64,000 nucleotides of DNA from a virus (IMGVR_UViG_3300021426_000070:65360-129359); one strand, 5' to 3'; numbered from the stretch's first letter, positions 27,801 to 40,345 are shown. The notes: generated from the letters alone by a model not told the origin. Numbers and translations are program-made.

Positions 27801-30800
27801 TCAATAATCGACTCTACAATACTCGAATCCATACATTCAAGTTCTTCTCTTATTTCTTTCTTACCCATACGTCAGTCAGCATTAATTGTGATTACTTTTA
27901 CTTTGTCGCCGCTATGTAAAGGGTGTGTTATACCTTCTTGTTTTATAAGGTGTCCTCCAAGCAATGTTCCATCAACAGCCTTTGCCATTAGCTGCTCTTT
28001 CTGCAACCTCATCCCATACTTGATAGCATCGTCAAAGGTTGGCGGGCGGTGTTCTTTCTCAATTATATCAAACACAAAGTCACGTTCTACCTCTGCCTCT
28101 TCCTCTGTCTGTGCATCACAGGCAGCAAGGCTGTTCTTTTCAAACTGCCCTATTTGCCAATTAGCACCAAAGCAAACAGCACGTCTTAATTGCAGTCTGT
28201 AGCCTAACTTGTCTGTGATGTTGTTAGCATACTCTTTTGCAGCAGTATTCAAGTCCTCGCTTATAGGCTCTTCTTTATGATACTCATTGACAATGAATTG
28301 GTGGTACTCGTCCATCGCCTTTCTTATCGGTCTTGTGTCACTTGTAAGATATGCCATGTTGGAGTACATCTTATCAGCCAATTCCTTAATCTTTTCAAGT
28401 TTTTCTTTGTCTGTCATAATCAATCTTTCTTAATTAGAACTACACTATACTTATCACCTTCTTTTGCCAAAGGAATATCCTTGTCATAGTCGTAGAGTTC
28501 CATTTGTGGGATATATGGGTAGTTACCATTATCAATGTGTACTGTAACATCAACAGCTTTTTTCATCATCTGCTCTTTCTGCCAGTTAGCACCGAACTTG
28601 ATAGCCTTTATTATTAGAGGTATATCATCTTTCTTTATAGGACTTTGCTTAAATCCGACATCTATGTAGGTTATAAAGTTTTCGGGGTTTGAACAGTACT
28701 CGCCTATTGCCTCTTCCAAATCCTCGATTATAGGCTCATCTTGCAAATATTCTATTGCTTTTATAATTGGAAGGCGATGTGGACTTGTTACGCCCAAGTC
28801 ATCAAGCACATCTTTTAGATTTGATATTATTTTCTGTACTTTGTCTGTCATATTTTATCCCTCTTTAATGATAATCATCTTACATTTGTCCGTGTCTTTT
28901 AATCCCAAATCATCAAGGCAGATTGGGTAATGGGCAATAGTTCCATAGGCTTTTCCTTCAATCCCATAAAACTCAAAAGTAGCGTGCCCATCAACAGCTT
29001 TTTTCATCATCTGTGCCAAACGCCACTCAGCACCCGAAATAAAGCCGCTGTACCTATCAAGGTTATACCCTACTTCGGTATCATCAGACCTCACGACTTT
29101 AGCATCTTCCCTTGCCGCCTTGTCTAATTCATCGCTTACAGGCTCTTGTGTTAAGGAATTGCCATTTTCTTTACACGTTTTATCATCATGTTTAGAAACA
29201 AGTGATTCTTTAACTTGTTCCTCGCTTACAGGCTCATCTTCTATGGAGTCGATATACATTTCCAATGTGGTGCAAATTCTATCTGCATAGTTTACGGAAA
29301 TGTTATCACCATCCATAGTTGGTAGTAAGTTATGCAGTCTTACAACCTCTTCACGGATTTTCTGTACTTTGTCTTTCATAACTCGCTATTCTTTTGTTCT
29401 ATTATGTTTGGATGCACGTTTTTTCAAAACAGCACCCCACCACTCAAGTCCTCTTCCTTCGGCTATCGCCTCTTCTTGAGTCATTTCCTCAATTGGTTTT
29501 ATTATATCATTCATAACTTATAGTTTTAATAAATCCTCAGTTCTCGCCCAAGAAAGTACATCACTAAGCTTGCAATTAATGCAACACTCGCTCACGCAAC
29601 CCGTATAAAAGAGCCCGTTAGCATAGATACAAACATATTTGCCATATTTACTAACGATAAGGCACTCGTTCTTTGCGGATGGCTCTTCGGTAGCCTTATG
29701 CCACACATCGGTTGGTCGCTCGTTTTGCTGCTCAATGAATCCAAGCAACTCCGTTAAAACCGCCTTCTGCCCGACTGCAAAATCGGACTTAAGCCCCATC
29801 ACCTTTAGCCGCAGCCTTTCTATCTCTCTGTATATCTTTGTAACTGCATCCATGTTATTTATTCATCTTTGAGGTTGTTTGCGCCCCACGCAGCAAAATC
29901 CAAACACAACTGCTTAACGATATGCTTTGCCACATGTGCAAATTGTAGGCAGTTTATTGTCTGCCATAACGTGTTAAACTCGTTCTCAAAGGCTGCTTTC
30001 TTCTCACCACGCAGCACGATAGGAGTTCGCTTTCTGTTCAGCCGACTTACAAAACCTTCAGCCACCTCTTTTTCAATACCCTCTAACCGCTCACCATCCA
30101 TGCTGTCAAGCAAACAATCAACCTCTGACAAGGCATTGTACCTACCCTCATCAAAGAACGAACGGAAATTCTTGTTTTCGTCCATGGTGTCGCTCTGCAG
30201 TTTGGCTATCTGTTCTCTCAGCATCTTTATTTCGTCACTAAGCTGCTTTCTGCCATCGTCTGCGCTCTTTTGCTTATCACCACGATAACCAAGACGTGAT
30301 GCAGCAAACTCAACGAAATCATTTTGCAGTCTTGCGGCTTCTTCAGCGGAAAGGTTATATCCGCCCGTACCCGTAAGCATACCCCAACCACGGACACACA
30401 GCAACGGAGTGTGACCATCACATATATACTGCCCGTCAGCACTGATGCCGATGTCATCAAACCCCTTAGCATTATGTACGTAATTAAGGCAGTCAGCAAT
30501 GCGCTCACCAAGCTTTGCATCCCGCTCGTCCATCACGTCAAAGCATACTTGTGTACCGCCATTACACCAAATGTAACAGCAATTCTCATCAGCCTTGAAC
30601 GGGGCTTTGAAAACGTCATAATATTCTAACTTTGCCATAATCAAAATACTCTATGTTCGATAATCTCCACGTCCTTGAAATCCTTAGTGTACTCTTCTGC
30701 ATACTCTAAGGTAGAGAAAAACTTTCTCTCTTTATACGGCGTATCATTACACTTGTAGATAGCCTCATAGACACAAGCTTTCACATCAAGAGTATTGGCT

Positions 30801-33100
30801 AACTCTATCATTTCAGAATACGCTTCTGCTTTACCTAGATAATAACCTTTGTTTTCTTGAGTTCGCAAGTCCAACACAACTTTTTGGCAAATATCTTTTT
30901 TTCTTTCTACCTCAGCTAACAAAGCGTCCTTGCTAATATACTTTCCCATAACTATTATTCTTTTGTAACAAAAACCTTTACCTTATCACCAAACCTTAAT
31001 CCCTTGAAGGCTGGGTGCATCTGCATAGACGGGTCATAATCCACACAAGTATCATCAGAGAATTTGATGTAACTATCGGACGTAACAACGCCCTCTTTTG
31101 CAACACCCTCTTTCACTTCAAGGGTGTTAATAGTCTCTTTTACCACACCCAAGGCTTGTAATTCGGCAGCGGTCATACACTCTTCCATACTACCAAACGG
31201 ATTTGGGTTGCAAGCGTTTTTCAAAGCTTTTTCAAGCTTCTCTATCTCTGCCAATAAAGCGTCTTTGTCTATATACTTTTTCATAATCTAACCTTTAAAT
31301 TTACCATCCCACTTATCTAACTTATTGTATTTGGCATAGAAATCACTTCTAACCAGTGTATATAAAATCTGCTCATGAGCAAGCTGCAAATCTTCCCATA
31401 ACTGTTCGATTACCATAGAGAGGTCTATATCATCATCTTCTATGTTAGCGATAATCTTTTCGATTTGTTTGTCCCTCTGATAAAGATACCTACTAATAAG
31501 GTGGTGACGTTTCGTAATACTATCCTCAGAATTTATCTGTTCAAGCAATTTTTCAGTCCAAAACTGCTCATACTTACCATCAATCTTTGCCATAATCTAT
31601 TTCTCTTTCTGTAATGCTAATCCACGTTCAAGGAAATGTCTTGCAATTAATATTACAGGACTTTCTTTGTTTTCAATAAATTCTTTTGTTTGAACAAATC
31701 TTTCTGCCTCTTTAACTAAATCAACCTCTTTCACTTCGAGGGAGTCAAGAAAATGTTTAAGTTCACCAAGCAATTGACCTTCAATTATTAGTTGATGTCT
31801 TTTCTCTGGTATATCTTCCCATTCTTTACGTTCTTTATTGCGAGATATTCGTTTTTCTATCTCTGCCAATACAGCGTCCAACGATATATACTTTGCCATA
31901 ATTACTATTCTTTTGGATATGCTGTTATAATATATGGATAAACCCCAATCAGAGGAATAGACACACCTCTTGTAAAAAAGTGGTATGTGCTATCTTTTTC
32001 GAGAGTGCCGAAACTACTAGAAGCAAATATGCCATTTGGAGATATGCTATAAGTGCCCCTACTCGTCCCAACGATGTACGAATAACTTGTACTAAAGCCC
32101 TCTTTGTCACCATAAGTGTTCTGTTGCACATTAACAGAATAAACTTTGGCATCAAATGACTTTGTGGTTTTGTAATTAGCCACTGCACCAAATACAAATA
32201 TGGAGATGCAGATAACTATAATCGTAAATTTGTATTTCTGTATCATACCTTACTCTTCTTTCATATACTTTTTAAAGTCTTCTGCCATTACACCACTGTC
32301 AACAAATTCTGTGTCCCAATACTCATTAGCATTATCATTAATCCACTCACATGCCTTCTTGATAAAAGCATCGGTGCGGATATACTCAATATCATTATCC
32401 GTTATAGGATGGTTTTCTCTTATATCACCATATGGTGCATAATACAATTTCTTTGGAGCTTCTTTTTTCATAGCCTTATTCTCCATACTGCTTTAATCTG
32501 TTGTATATGCCATCAATCTCGTGTTCTAAAAGAACGCCACCAAGACGATGTATATTATTTCTAATAAAACGTAGTTTCTCTTCTCGGACAAGTCTTGCTT
32601 TATACGCCACCTCGCTTTCTTCAAGGTGGTATATAGACCAATCAACACAATAATATGTCTCTTTGTCAAACTTGTATTTTCTACCATATTCATCTGTAGC
32701 CGTTATGTATTTGCTACCAATTGATGTGATTGTAGCGTTAAATCCTCTCCGCCTACTATCACTTGATGCTATATAGACACTTTGCCCTTTTTTAAATCCC
32801 ATAACTTTACCCTTTCATATATTTTTCAAAATCAGCAGCCAATGTTTCTCTGTCAAGTTCGGTTTCACCCCATTTTTCTGTCAGATAACCATAGGTTGAG
32901 TTTTTCAGCCATTTACAAGCCTTCTTGATAAAGGAATCGTCTTTTGCCTCAAGGGTGTCGATGAATTTTTCTATTGCAAAATAAGCATCCGCCATCCCCT
33001 GCCCATGTCTTGTGGATAAATCAACGTTACTTCTTAGTTTCTCTATCCCCTCTACCAAGTCGGCTTTTGACACAAACTTCGTTTTACTTGTTGAATCCAT
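24828..33100 (-). other. Array 1 of about 25 tightly packed small hypothetical ORFs with shared modules
   Basis: Abutting or overlapping ORFs sharing MSKAEE, M.DKVQKI, M.KYI..DA.LAE, EPxSE, GANWQ..QMM.KAVD and FIKKAC.W boxes. Confidence 0.8.
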
Positions 33101-33231
33101 ATATCTATCACAGTTTTCTAACGTGTGTCTCACGCTCTAATTGAACTTTCATGGTGCAAAGATAGCACTTTTTATTTTAATTTGCAACTTTCTGAGCAAA
33201 AATATTATTAAATTTAACATTAATTAAGGAA

Positions 33232-33259
33232 CCGCCCCTATCTTCACAGACAAGGGCGG
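33232..33259 (-). terminator. GTGA-loop hairpin after the distal-tail gene
   Basis: CCGCCC-TTG-TCT-GTGA-AGA-TA-GGGGCGG. Confidence 0.6.
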
Positions 33260-33294
33260 CGTACAAAAAAATTATCAAGTAAAACGAGAAAAAA

Positions 33295-33735
33295 TTATAT
33301 TGTAATTACATTGGTATTTGGTTGTGCTGTTCTATTTGAAGGGTTGGGTTCGACAAAGCCACACGTGATAACGCCAAACACTCCGTTGTACGAGTGCTTG
33401 TAACTCACACTCTTGCCCGTATATACAAGGTGGTACACTTCTGTACGCCCCGCTATCTGCATTGTCACCACGCCATTATACAAGGCGTTCTCGAAAGCCG
33501 CCTTATTGGTAAGGTACTCAGCCTTTGTCCTACCATGGACGTTAAAGGACAGCGTAACGTTACGTTTATCCTTCTTCCTTGTGACTATCATCCTTACGCC
33601 ATGTTCTAGCCGTGATGAGTTCTCCAAAGGGTCTTTTAAGGGTACGCCCGCTTCAATGGCATCAATAAACCCTCTACCCATGCGCACCTTATATGTTGTA
33701 TATGCGCCTAAAGAATTAATATACAAATCATCCAT
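33295..33735 (-). CDS. Distal tail/baseplate hub-like protein
   Basis: Immediately after TMP; LYIN...ENSSRLEHG...EPNPSNR pattern. Confidence 0.7.
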   Translation of the reverse strand: MDDLYINSLGAYTTYKVRMGRGFIDAIEAGVPLKDPLENSSRLEHGVRMIVTRKKDKRNVTLSFNVHGRTKAEYLTNKAAFENALYNGVVTMQIAGRTEVYHLVYTGKSVSYKHSYNGVFGVITCGFVEPNPSNRTAQPNTNVITI

Positions 33736-33736
33736 A

Positions 33737-36700
33737 CTATTGTTCCTCTACGTATTTTCTTATTCTTGATAGTTCCGAATCCATGTTCTTGATACGGGGC
33801 ACGAGGGTATCAACCACGCCGTCCCTAATCTCTTCCACATGGATAGCCATGCCCGCTAGGATATCCCTCGAGTCGTCAGCTACATCATAGCTCTCTCTCA
33901 TATGGATAAACATTTCATCAAAGCGGGTATTGATAATATCCAACCTCTCACGAGACTGCTCAACGGCAGCTTGTGTGGATATGCCTATTCCGACAAGCGA
34001 ATTGGCTTGGTCATAGGATATGTTTGCCATGCTCTTTGCCGTGGCACTCTGATTGAAGTTATCCGTGCTAGCGATAATACCCGCCTCCTTATATTCGTTA
34101 ATGTCGCTCTGTGCTTTCTTAACGATGTCTTGGTATTCGGCATTGAGGTCTCTTAACCGCTGCTTGTATATATCATTGGTCATCAAATCATCCTTATTCT
34201 CTTGCTTTTGCTTATTCAGTTCATAAAGCTTCTGCCGCCACCTACTCAATTCATCTTGGTACTTCTCTCCGACAAGGTTGTTGATAACCATCTTATTGAC
34301 CATTTCTTGCCAACCCTTTGATATGTCGGTGAACACCTCTTGCGAGCCGTCACCGAGCGCATAGAGCTGATTAAGGAAATCGCTGAACACACTTTCCTCT
34401 GTCGTGGTGGTCAGCTTCTCCATGATACGCTCCGTCAACTCTTCGGTCTTACCCGCCTGCTCAACAACAGCATCCCAATATTCGGACTTGTCATATTTTC
34501 CTACTTCTGTAAGATAACGCCAAAGGTCGGGTGCGAAATCCCTAATAGCCTTCAGTTGCTCGGGGGTGAGGTTATAGATAGACTGCAGACCCGTGACAGT
34601 TGACACTTTCACGCCCGCAGTACGCATAGCCTCTTGTGCCGCCGCATTATACTTCCTTATCTCTTCATCATCAGCATAGTAGGCATTAGAGTGGTGTGAG
34701 CTGTGATACCCCATCTGAGCTTGCAGTATCTCCATGTTGTTCTTGTTCACTTTCTCTTGCGACTCCAACGCTTTCTGATAGACAGACAACGCCTTGCTAC
34801 CATAGGACTTATCCATGATACCCGTCAGCGACTCGATGGCACGTATAAGGTCTTCGTTCTTCTTTGTCAACCTCTCTGTGGTCTCAGCAACCTCTTTTTC
34901 ATTACCGCCACCCCAATTGATACCAAAAGCCCTACCGATAGCACTTCCAAACCCTTGTATTCCGTCAACAACACCATTGATAGCACCAAACACATCACCT
35001 TGCATTAGGCTCTGAACTCCTTTTTGGAAACCATCCATACCTTTTGCAAAATCGGCAAACCCCTTTCCAAATTCAGTATTACCTAGTCCGATATTACCAA
35101 GCAATGCATTTGCACTCTGCGCATTTTGGTTTATTAAGCTAAAGATACCCGTAGCATCCATACCTGCTGTCACGTCCTTGAAATATTGTCCGATATTTCC
35201 ACTCTTAGTAAAATTCTTTAGCGCATCTTGACGTGCCTTTTGATTAGCTTGAGCTTGTTTTAAGTCCTCTTCTGCCTTTGATAAGTCGTATGTTGTCGTC
35301 TCTAATACCTCAAACGCCTTTTTGACAGATTCGGAAGATTCAATCTCATTTTTATATCTCTCTTTTATACTATCAAGACTACCGTTATCAATCTTCTGCC
35401 ATTGTTGACGGAAAGAACCCTCAGTAATATTTGCGCCCTTTTTATTAACGGCACTTACAAACTGAGAAATAGCCTTTTCTTGACTTACACCCTTTTTGTT
35501 TCTAACAGTAGTCAAACCATTTATCTGTTGTTCTACCTCAAGAATTTCTTGTGTCAGTCGCTTTCTTTCCCTAAGTCCCGGCAGCCACGATGAAAACACA
35601 TCTGTCCTACGGGCAATATTATCTTCTATCTCCCTTATCTTCTCAGCGAGCACCTTTGCGTTCTCAGCTGTGATATCTTTTGCATCGAGGGCTTGGGCGA
35701 GCTGCTTTTTCAATGTCCGTAACGCATCTACACTCTGATATTCGAGATTATTAAAAACCGTCTCCCAATCAAGTGACTGCTGCAACTCTTTCATATTCAG
35801 CTCTGAGATAAGCCTTTCTTTCTGTCGAGCCAAAGCCGCCTTTTGGATTTCGTCTTGTTCCTTATCTATCTTTAGGTCGTATTCCTTAGTGATAGCAGCA
35901 CGCCTTGTTTGGAAATCACCATACTCTTTCTGATAATCAAGTAATGCTTGAATGCGTTTTTCATTCTCACTCTCCATGGACTGCTGCATTTGTTTATCAG
36001 CGGCAATAAGTCGAATATCCCTATTCTCTATTTCTTTCGGGTCTCTATACGAAGAAGTCTCTTTATACTCGTCTGAATCAAAGAAGTTCTTCCCTTTATT
36101 TTTCTCGTCTTTCTCCCACAAAGCTTTTGCTGCTTCTATACGTTTAATACGCATATCCTCGTACGAACGTTGAATAGCCAACACCTCTTTATCGTGGTCA
36201 AGCTTTATGCGCTCAATCACTTTTTCTGTTGACTCGTCCATAGCCTTAATTCGGGCTTCACGGGTTGAAATCTCCAAATCCTCTTCTGCACGTTTCTGTT
36301 CACGTGCTTGCTTATCCATAAGCTCCTTACGCTCTTGTGCTAGCTCCGCTGCTGTCTTGCCACCACCGCCTTTACCACCTTTATCTGTCGGCTCATAAGT
36401 CTTGATGTTGGCATTGGCAAGCTTATTCTTTTCCTTCTCCAACTCCTTATTCGCCTTATCAGTTAGTTTCTTCTGCTCGTCTTCGTACTTCTTGTTACGC
36501 TTTTTATCTTCTGCAGCAGCTTTGGCACGTTGACTAGCTGCATAATTACTACTATATTGATTAACACGTCTTGCTCCTTGCTCAGTCCATTTACCGTCTT
36601 TGGTGTCGCCTTCCATAAACGTATAACCAGCCTCTTTTGCATTCTTATATGCAAGACTTCTTCTATCCGTGGTATTACCTCCCGCCTTTACACGATAAGA

Positions 36701-39208
36701 ATACTGACCACCTTTTGCCGTTGCATTATTTTGGTCAGCTTTCATTTGTTCCTCTATCTGCTTCTTAAAGCTCTCAGTCATCAGCTCTTGATATGCAAGT
36801 GCCTTTGCCCTAGCCATGATAGATTCAACTACTGCATCGGTATTCTTCACTAGAAGATTCTCTGCATCTGTCACGCCGCCAACTGCAAACCCGAGGTCGT
36901 TAAAAGCCTTTTGGTTATCCTTGACAAACTTCTTTTTCTTTGCCATATCATCACCAAGCTTATTCCAACTATCTTGCAGCTTTCTATAAGACATTATCTG
37001 TTTCGATGCACTTTCAGCAACAGAACGTGCCCAACTCTCTTGCTGCTCCTTGATAGCCTTGATATGTGCCTCTTTCTCTTCTCTCGCTTTCTTCTCAGCA
37101 TCCGTCTCAGACATAAGAGCCTTTGTAACAGCAAAGATAGCTGCTCCCAAAGTAACAAGAATAGCGACAATAGCACCCCAAGGAGTCTTTGACATAGCCG
37201 CATTAAGCCCCTCTTGCGCTGCCGTTGCTGCTGTGGTCGCAGCCGCTTGTACGCCACGAGCCTTAGCCAAAGCCCACGTCTTAGCCTCCTCAATGGCAAT
37301 CATGAAGACACTCGTCTTCTTAACGAGGTTATATGTAGTCTCTAATCCTACAACTATTCCGAGGATAGATTGGACTTTGGTTTGAATCTCCATCATCTTC
37401 TTACTATCCTCATTGAATATTCCTATAACGGAAGTAACCATACTAGCCGCTCCCGCCACACCTTGAAGACCAACCTTTAACGCCGTCAGTCCTCTGTTCG
37501 GGTCATCGAAATAGCTCATATAGGCATTTGCCAACTGCATTTCCTCTCGCATATCGCCCGCTTTCTCTGCAAGCTCCATAAACTCAGCCGACCCTTTCTT
37601 TCCTTCCTCTATGAGCTGTATCATTTCTTCACGGGCTTTCATAATCCTAGTACGCATAGTACCAGAATGTATGGCACGTTGCTCCGCTTCTTGCTCTTGT
37701 ATGCGAGCTAACTCAGCTTGCTTTTTCTGTTCTTCAATAATATTCTTTTCCTCTTCATCTATCTCTCCTAGACGTTCGAGTATATTCAAAAGCCTTTCAT
37801 ACCTCAGACTGCCGACTTCTGTACCAGACCTGTCGAACATATCTGCAGTTGATTTGACTTCGCTTAATTTTGCTCCTATTTTCTCTGCCTCCTTCACGAG
37901 CTTATCACCTTCAGAGGTCATATACATATCCTTTGCCTTCTCTTTTATCTGTTGAAGAATCTCAGGATATTTACCCATCACCTCTTGGGCTTGCTCTGCA
38001 CGTATACGTGCGTCTTGAGCATTATCACCCCATACAACAAAGGATTTTCCTATTTCGTCTGTGAACGTAAGAAAGTAAGCGAATTTTTCTCCGCTTTCAC
38101 CTAACTCTTCATTCTTTTGTTTAAGAGACTCTTCTTTCTCTTCTAACTCGGCAATCTTATTTCTCAGTCCTTCTAAAAGCAGTTCTTTTTCCCTAATTAT
38201 CTCATTAGCTTGTATAGCTGCTGGGTCATTTTCAGACAACCCCTTTATACCTTCCTTAAGGTCGCCAATAGTAGATTCAATAGAAAGAGCGTCTTCTTTC
38301 AACTCTTCTAAATAACTATCTCCTTGTACCTTTTTAAGTTTGATAGTTAATTCGTCTATCTCATTATTAAGATTACTAATTCGTGTCTGAGCACCTTCCC
38401 ACTCTAAAGAACCTTGAGGTAGAGTTAAAGATTTCTTTACGGTTTCTTGTAACTCTTTCGTCTTTTCCTCTATCTCTCTCTTTATTGTATCAGTATAAGA
38501 GGGGATTTTCGGCGGCTCTGCTCCCATCTCTTCTTTTTGATTCTTTATAGCTTCTGTGTTCTCATTTACCGCCGTAGTTTGCTTTTTAATCGTTGCTGTT
38601 GTGTCATCAATAGAACCTTTCACCTCTTCCTCAATAGCTGCACGCTCGCTTGCTGCCTCATTCAAGCTTTGGGCTTTGATATTCTGCTGTGTCATAGACA
38701 TAACGCCCGCTTGCTGCTGCTGTAGGATATTGGTATTCTGTGCGGCTTGGTTAGAAAGGTTCAACTCTTGCCGCTTCGTCTCATCAGACAGCTCAGACAT
38801 ACAATCAGTAATCTTCGATATAACATCGGAAGACTCTGTAAGACTGCCTATAAGGTCTTTCGTCTCTTTGATATAGTCGTAGAGCTCACACACCTTTCCA
38901 ATGACTTCATCAAAGGACTTGCTAATGGTCTTTGTCGCTTGGTCGGCATTATCCTCTATACCCTTGTAAGGGTTGTTAGACGAGCCACTGAACACATCGG
39001 AAAGCTTATCATTCGCCTGCTGAGTGGTCTGTATGATATCTTCATACTTTCCTTTGAGCTCATCAAGCTTTGATATAAGCCTACCAATCTCTTCACGGGG
39101 TGCATCGGTATTTGACTTCTCCAAAGCACTATTAAGCTTCATAATCTCATTATAAAGCCTCTCTACCTCTTTCCAATCTGTCGATACGTGATATATCAGT
39201 TCTGCCAT
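33737..39208 (-). CDS. Tape measure protein
   Basis: 1823 aa, coiled-coil, Ala-rich hydrophobic segment (PWGAIVAILV), followed by distal-tail-like gene. Confidence 0.85.
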   Translation of the reverse strand: MAELIYHVSTDWKEVERLYNEIMKLNSALEKSNTDAPREEIGRLISKLDELKGKYEDIIQTTQQANDKLSDVFSGSSNNPYKGIEDNADQATKTISKSFDEVIGKVCELYDYIKETKDLIGSLTESSDVISKITDCMSELSDETKRQELNLSNQAAQNTNILQQQQAGVMSMTQQNIKAQSLNEAASERAAIEEEVKGSIDDTTATIKKQTTAVNENTEAIKNQKEEMGAEPPKIPSYTDTIKREIEEKTKELQETVKKSLTLPQGSLEWEGAQTRISNLNNEIDELTIKLKKVQGDSYLEELKEDALSIESTIGDLKEGIKGLSENDPAAIQANEIIREKELLLEGLRNKIAELEEKEESLKQKNEELGESGEKFAYFLTFTDEIGKSFVVWGDNAQDARIRAEQAQEVMGKYPEILQQIKEKAKDMYMTSEGDKLVKEAEKIGAKLSEVKSTADMFDRSGTEVGSLRYERLLNILERLGEIDEEEKNIIEEQKKQAELARIQEQEAEQRAIHSGTMRTRIMKAREEMIQLIEEGKKGSAEFMELAEKAGDMREEMQLANAYMSYFDDPNRGLTALKVGLQGVAGAASMVTSVIGIFNEDSKKMMEIQTKVQSILGIVVGLETTYNLVKKTSVFMIAIEEAKTWALAKARGVQAAATTAATAAQEGLNAAMSKTPWGAIVAILVTLGAAIFAVTKALMSETDAEKKAREEKEAHIKAIKEQQESWARSVAESASKQIMSYRKLQDSWNKLGDDMAKKKKFVKDNQKAFNDLGFAVGGVTDAENLLVKNTDAVVESIMARAKALAYQELMTESFKKQIEEQMKADQNNATAKGGQYSYRVKAGGNTTDRRSLAYKNAKEAGYTFMEGDTKDGKWTEQGARRVNQYSSNYAASQRAKAAAEDKKRNKKYEDEQKKLTDKANKELEKEKNKLANANIKTYEPTDKGGKGGGGKTAAELAQERKELMDKQAREQKRAEEDLEISTREARIKAMDESTEKVIERIKLDHDKEVLAIQRSYEDMRIKRIEAAKALWEKDEKNKGKNFFDSDEYKETSSYRDPKEIENRDIRLIAADKQMQQSMESENEKRIQALLDYQKEYGDFQTRRAAITKEYDLKIDKEQDEIQKAALARQKERLISELNMKELQQSLDWETVFNNLEYQSVDALRTLKKQLAQALDAKDITAENAKVLAEKIREIEDNIARRTDVFSSWLPGLRERKRLTQEILEVEQQINGLTTVRNKKGVSQEKAISQFVSAVNKKGANITEGSFRQQWQKIDNGSLDSIKERYKNEIESSESVKKAFEVLETTTYDLSKAEEDLKQAQANQKARQDALKNFTKSGNIGQYFKDVTAGMDATGIFSLINQNAQSANALLGNIGLGNTEFGKGFADFAKGMDGFQKGVQSLMQGDVFGAINGVVDGIQGFGSAIGRAFGINWGGGNEKEVAETTERLTKKNEDLIRAIESLTGIMDKSYGSKALSVYQKALESQEKVNKNNMEILQAQMGYHSSHHSNAYYADDEEIRKYNAAAQEAMRTAGVKVSTVTGLQSIYNLTPEQLKAIRDFAPDLWRYLTEVGKYDKSEYWDAVVEQAGKTEELTERIMEKLTTTTEESVFSDFLNQLYALGDGSQEVFTDISKGWQEMVNKMVINNLVGEKYQDELSRWRQKLYELNKQKQENKDDLMTNDIYKQRLRDLNAEYQDIVKKAQSDINEYKEAGIIASTDNFNQSATAKSMANISYDQANSLVGIGISTQAAVEQSRERLDIINTRFDEMFIHMRESYDVADDSRDILAGMAIHVEEIRDGVVDTLVPRIKNMDSELSRIRKYVEEQ

Positions 39209-39214
39209 ATCCGT

Positions 39215-39529
39215 TTAGTTTAATCTTGATAACATATCATTATACGAGCTTATTTCCGACTCATAGAACCGCCTTTGCTCATCTATATCCTTTAACGCCC
39301 TCTTCTTGCGCATCCTCTGATACCAACCTTCCGCCTTGTACTCTTTCAGTTTGGCATAGCACTCATCAAGTCGCTTGATATAATACCGATAATGCTCTAT
39401 CATAAGATTACAATAGGAGCTTATATCTTTATCAAGCCCCACTATATCAGCACCATCGGGCTTATGAGTGCTAATATACCTCAGCATAGCAACGCCCTTC
39501 GAATACCTCTCTATCTTCTTGTCGTCCAT
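39215..39529 (-). CDS. Hypothetical protein (likely start 39529)
   Basis: Promoter TAATTTTG at 39548-39555. Confidence 0.6.
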   Translation of the reverse strand: MDDKKIERYSKGVAMLRYISTHKPDGADIVGLDKDISSYCNLMIEHYRYYIKRLDECYAKLKEYKAEGWYQRMRKKRALKDIDEQRRFYESEISSYNDMLSRLN

Positions 39530-39718
39530 TACAAAATAATTTTGGTACAAAATTAAGCTAAAATCCCCACATCGACAAACAATATTGAAGACGATAAAAC
39601 ACACTTTAAAAATAGTACCATATATAACGTAAAGAAATGTTAAATTTATATTTTTTTGCACAACGTAACGAAATTTTACTTATATTTGCCACCATTATAT
39701 ACTTTAAAACATTTTATT

Positions 39719-40174
39719 ATGAAGAGATTTAGTTTCGTTTTTGTATTAATTTGTTCCCTTGTGTTGGCAGCATGCTCATCGTCTGACAAGGGTAATGAAA
39801 CACCTATCGACCCTATCACCCAATATAAAAAGGACATCATAGGCAAGTGGGTGTTTGTTGGCAACAAGCCGTCAAAGGGCACTGAGGACTATGCTCCCGT
39901 GGAAAACTACGAGAAGACATTTATCTTCAATGATGATAACACATGCCGTATCATCATTACGGACAACTCAGTACCGAAAACATCGGTACACAGAGACATC
40001 AATGGGACATATATTATCAGAGAGACAACAAAGGGCGTAGCAGTCAGAATAGAAATCAATGGGCTTATCTCCTACAGCATTATCAAGTTCTCTGATAACA
40101 AAAGGATTTTATATATGCTAGACGATGACCCCGATGGCTACTATGCTACCGATGAAAAATACATAAAGGGCTAG
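39719..40174 (+). CDS. Lipoprotein with lipocalin-like domain (moron; likely start 39719)
   Basis: Signal II LAAC-SSSD, IIGKW motif, own promoter TATATTTG at 39681. Confidence 0.8.
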   Translation: MKRFSFVFVLICSLVLAACSSSDKGNETPIDPITQYKKDIIGKWVFVGNKPSKGTEDYAPVENYEKTFIFNDDNTCRIIITDNSVPKTSVHRDINGTYIIRETTKGVAVRIEINGLISYSIIKFSDNKRILYMLDDDPDGYYATDEKYIKG

Positions 40175-40264
40175 TTTTTATCGACAAACGCCGACAAACA
40201 TTAAATATGTGTTAAATACACACTAAAAGGCAGGAGATACAGAGAATTTTCCTACCTTTGTCAT

Positions 40265-40345
40265 GTGATAAGGATATTAGTATTTCTTGCTTGCTTTATA
40301 GCGGGCGCATGGGTTTGCCACACCACATATAAGAAACGGCACTAG
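40265..40345 (+). CDS. Leaderless 26-aa hydrophobic peptide MIRILVFLACFIAGAWVCHTTYKKRH
   Basis: GTG 4 nt after TACCTTTG (40253-40260); one hydrophobic helix plus basic tail. Confidence 0.45.
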   Translation: MIRILVFLACFIAGAWVCHTTYKKRH

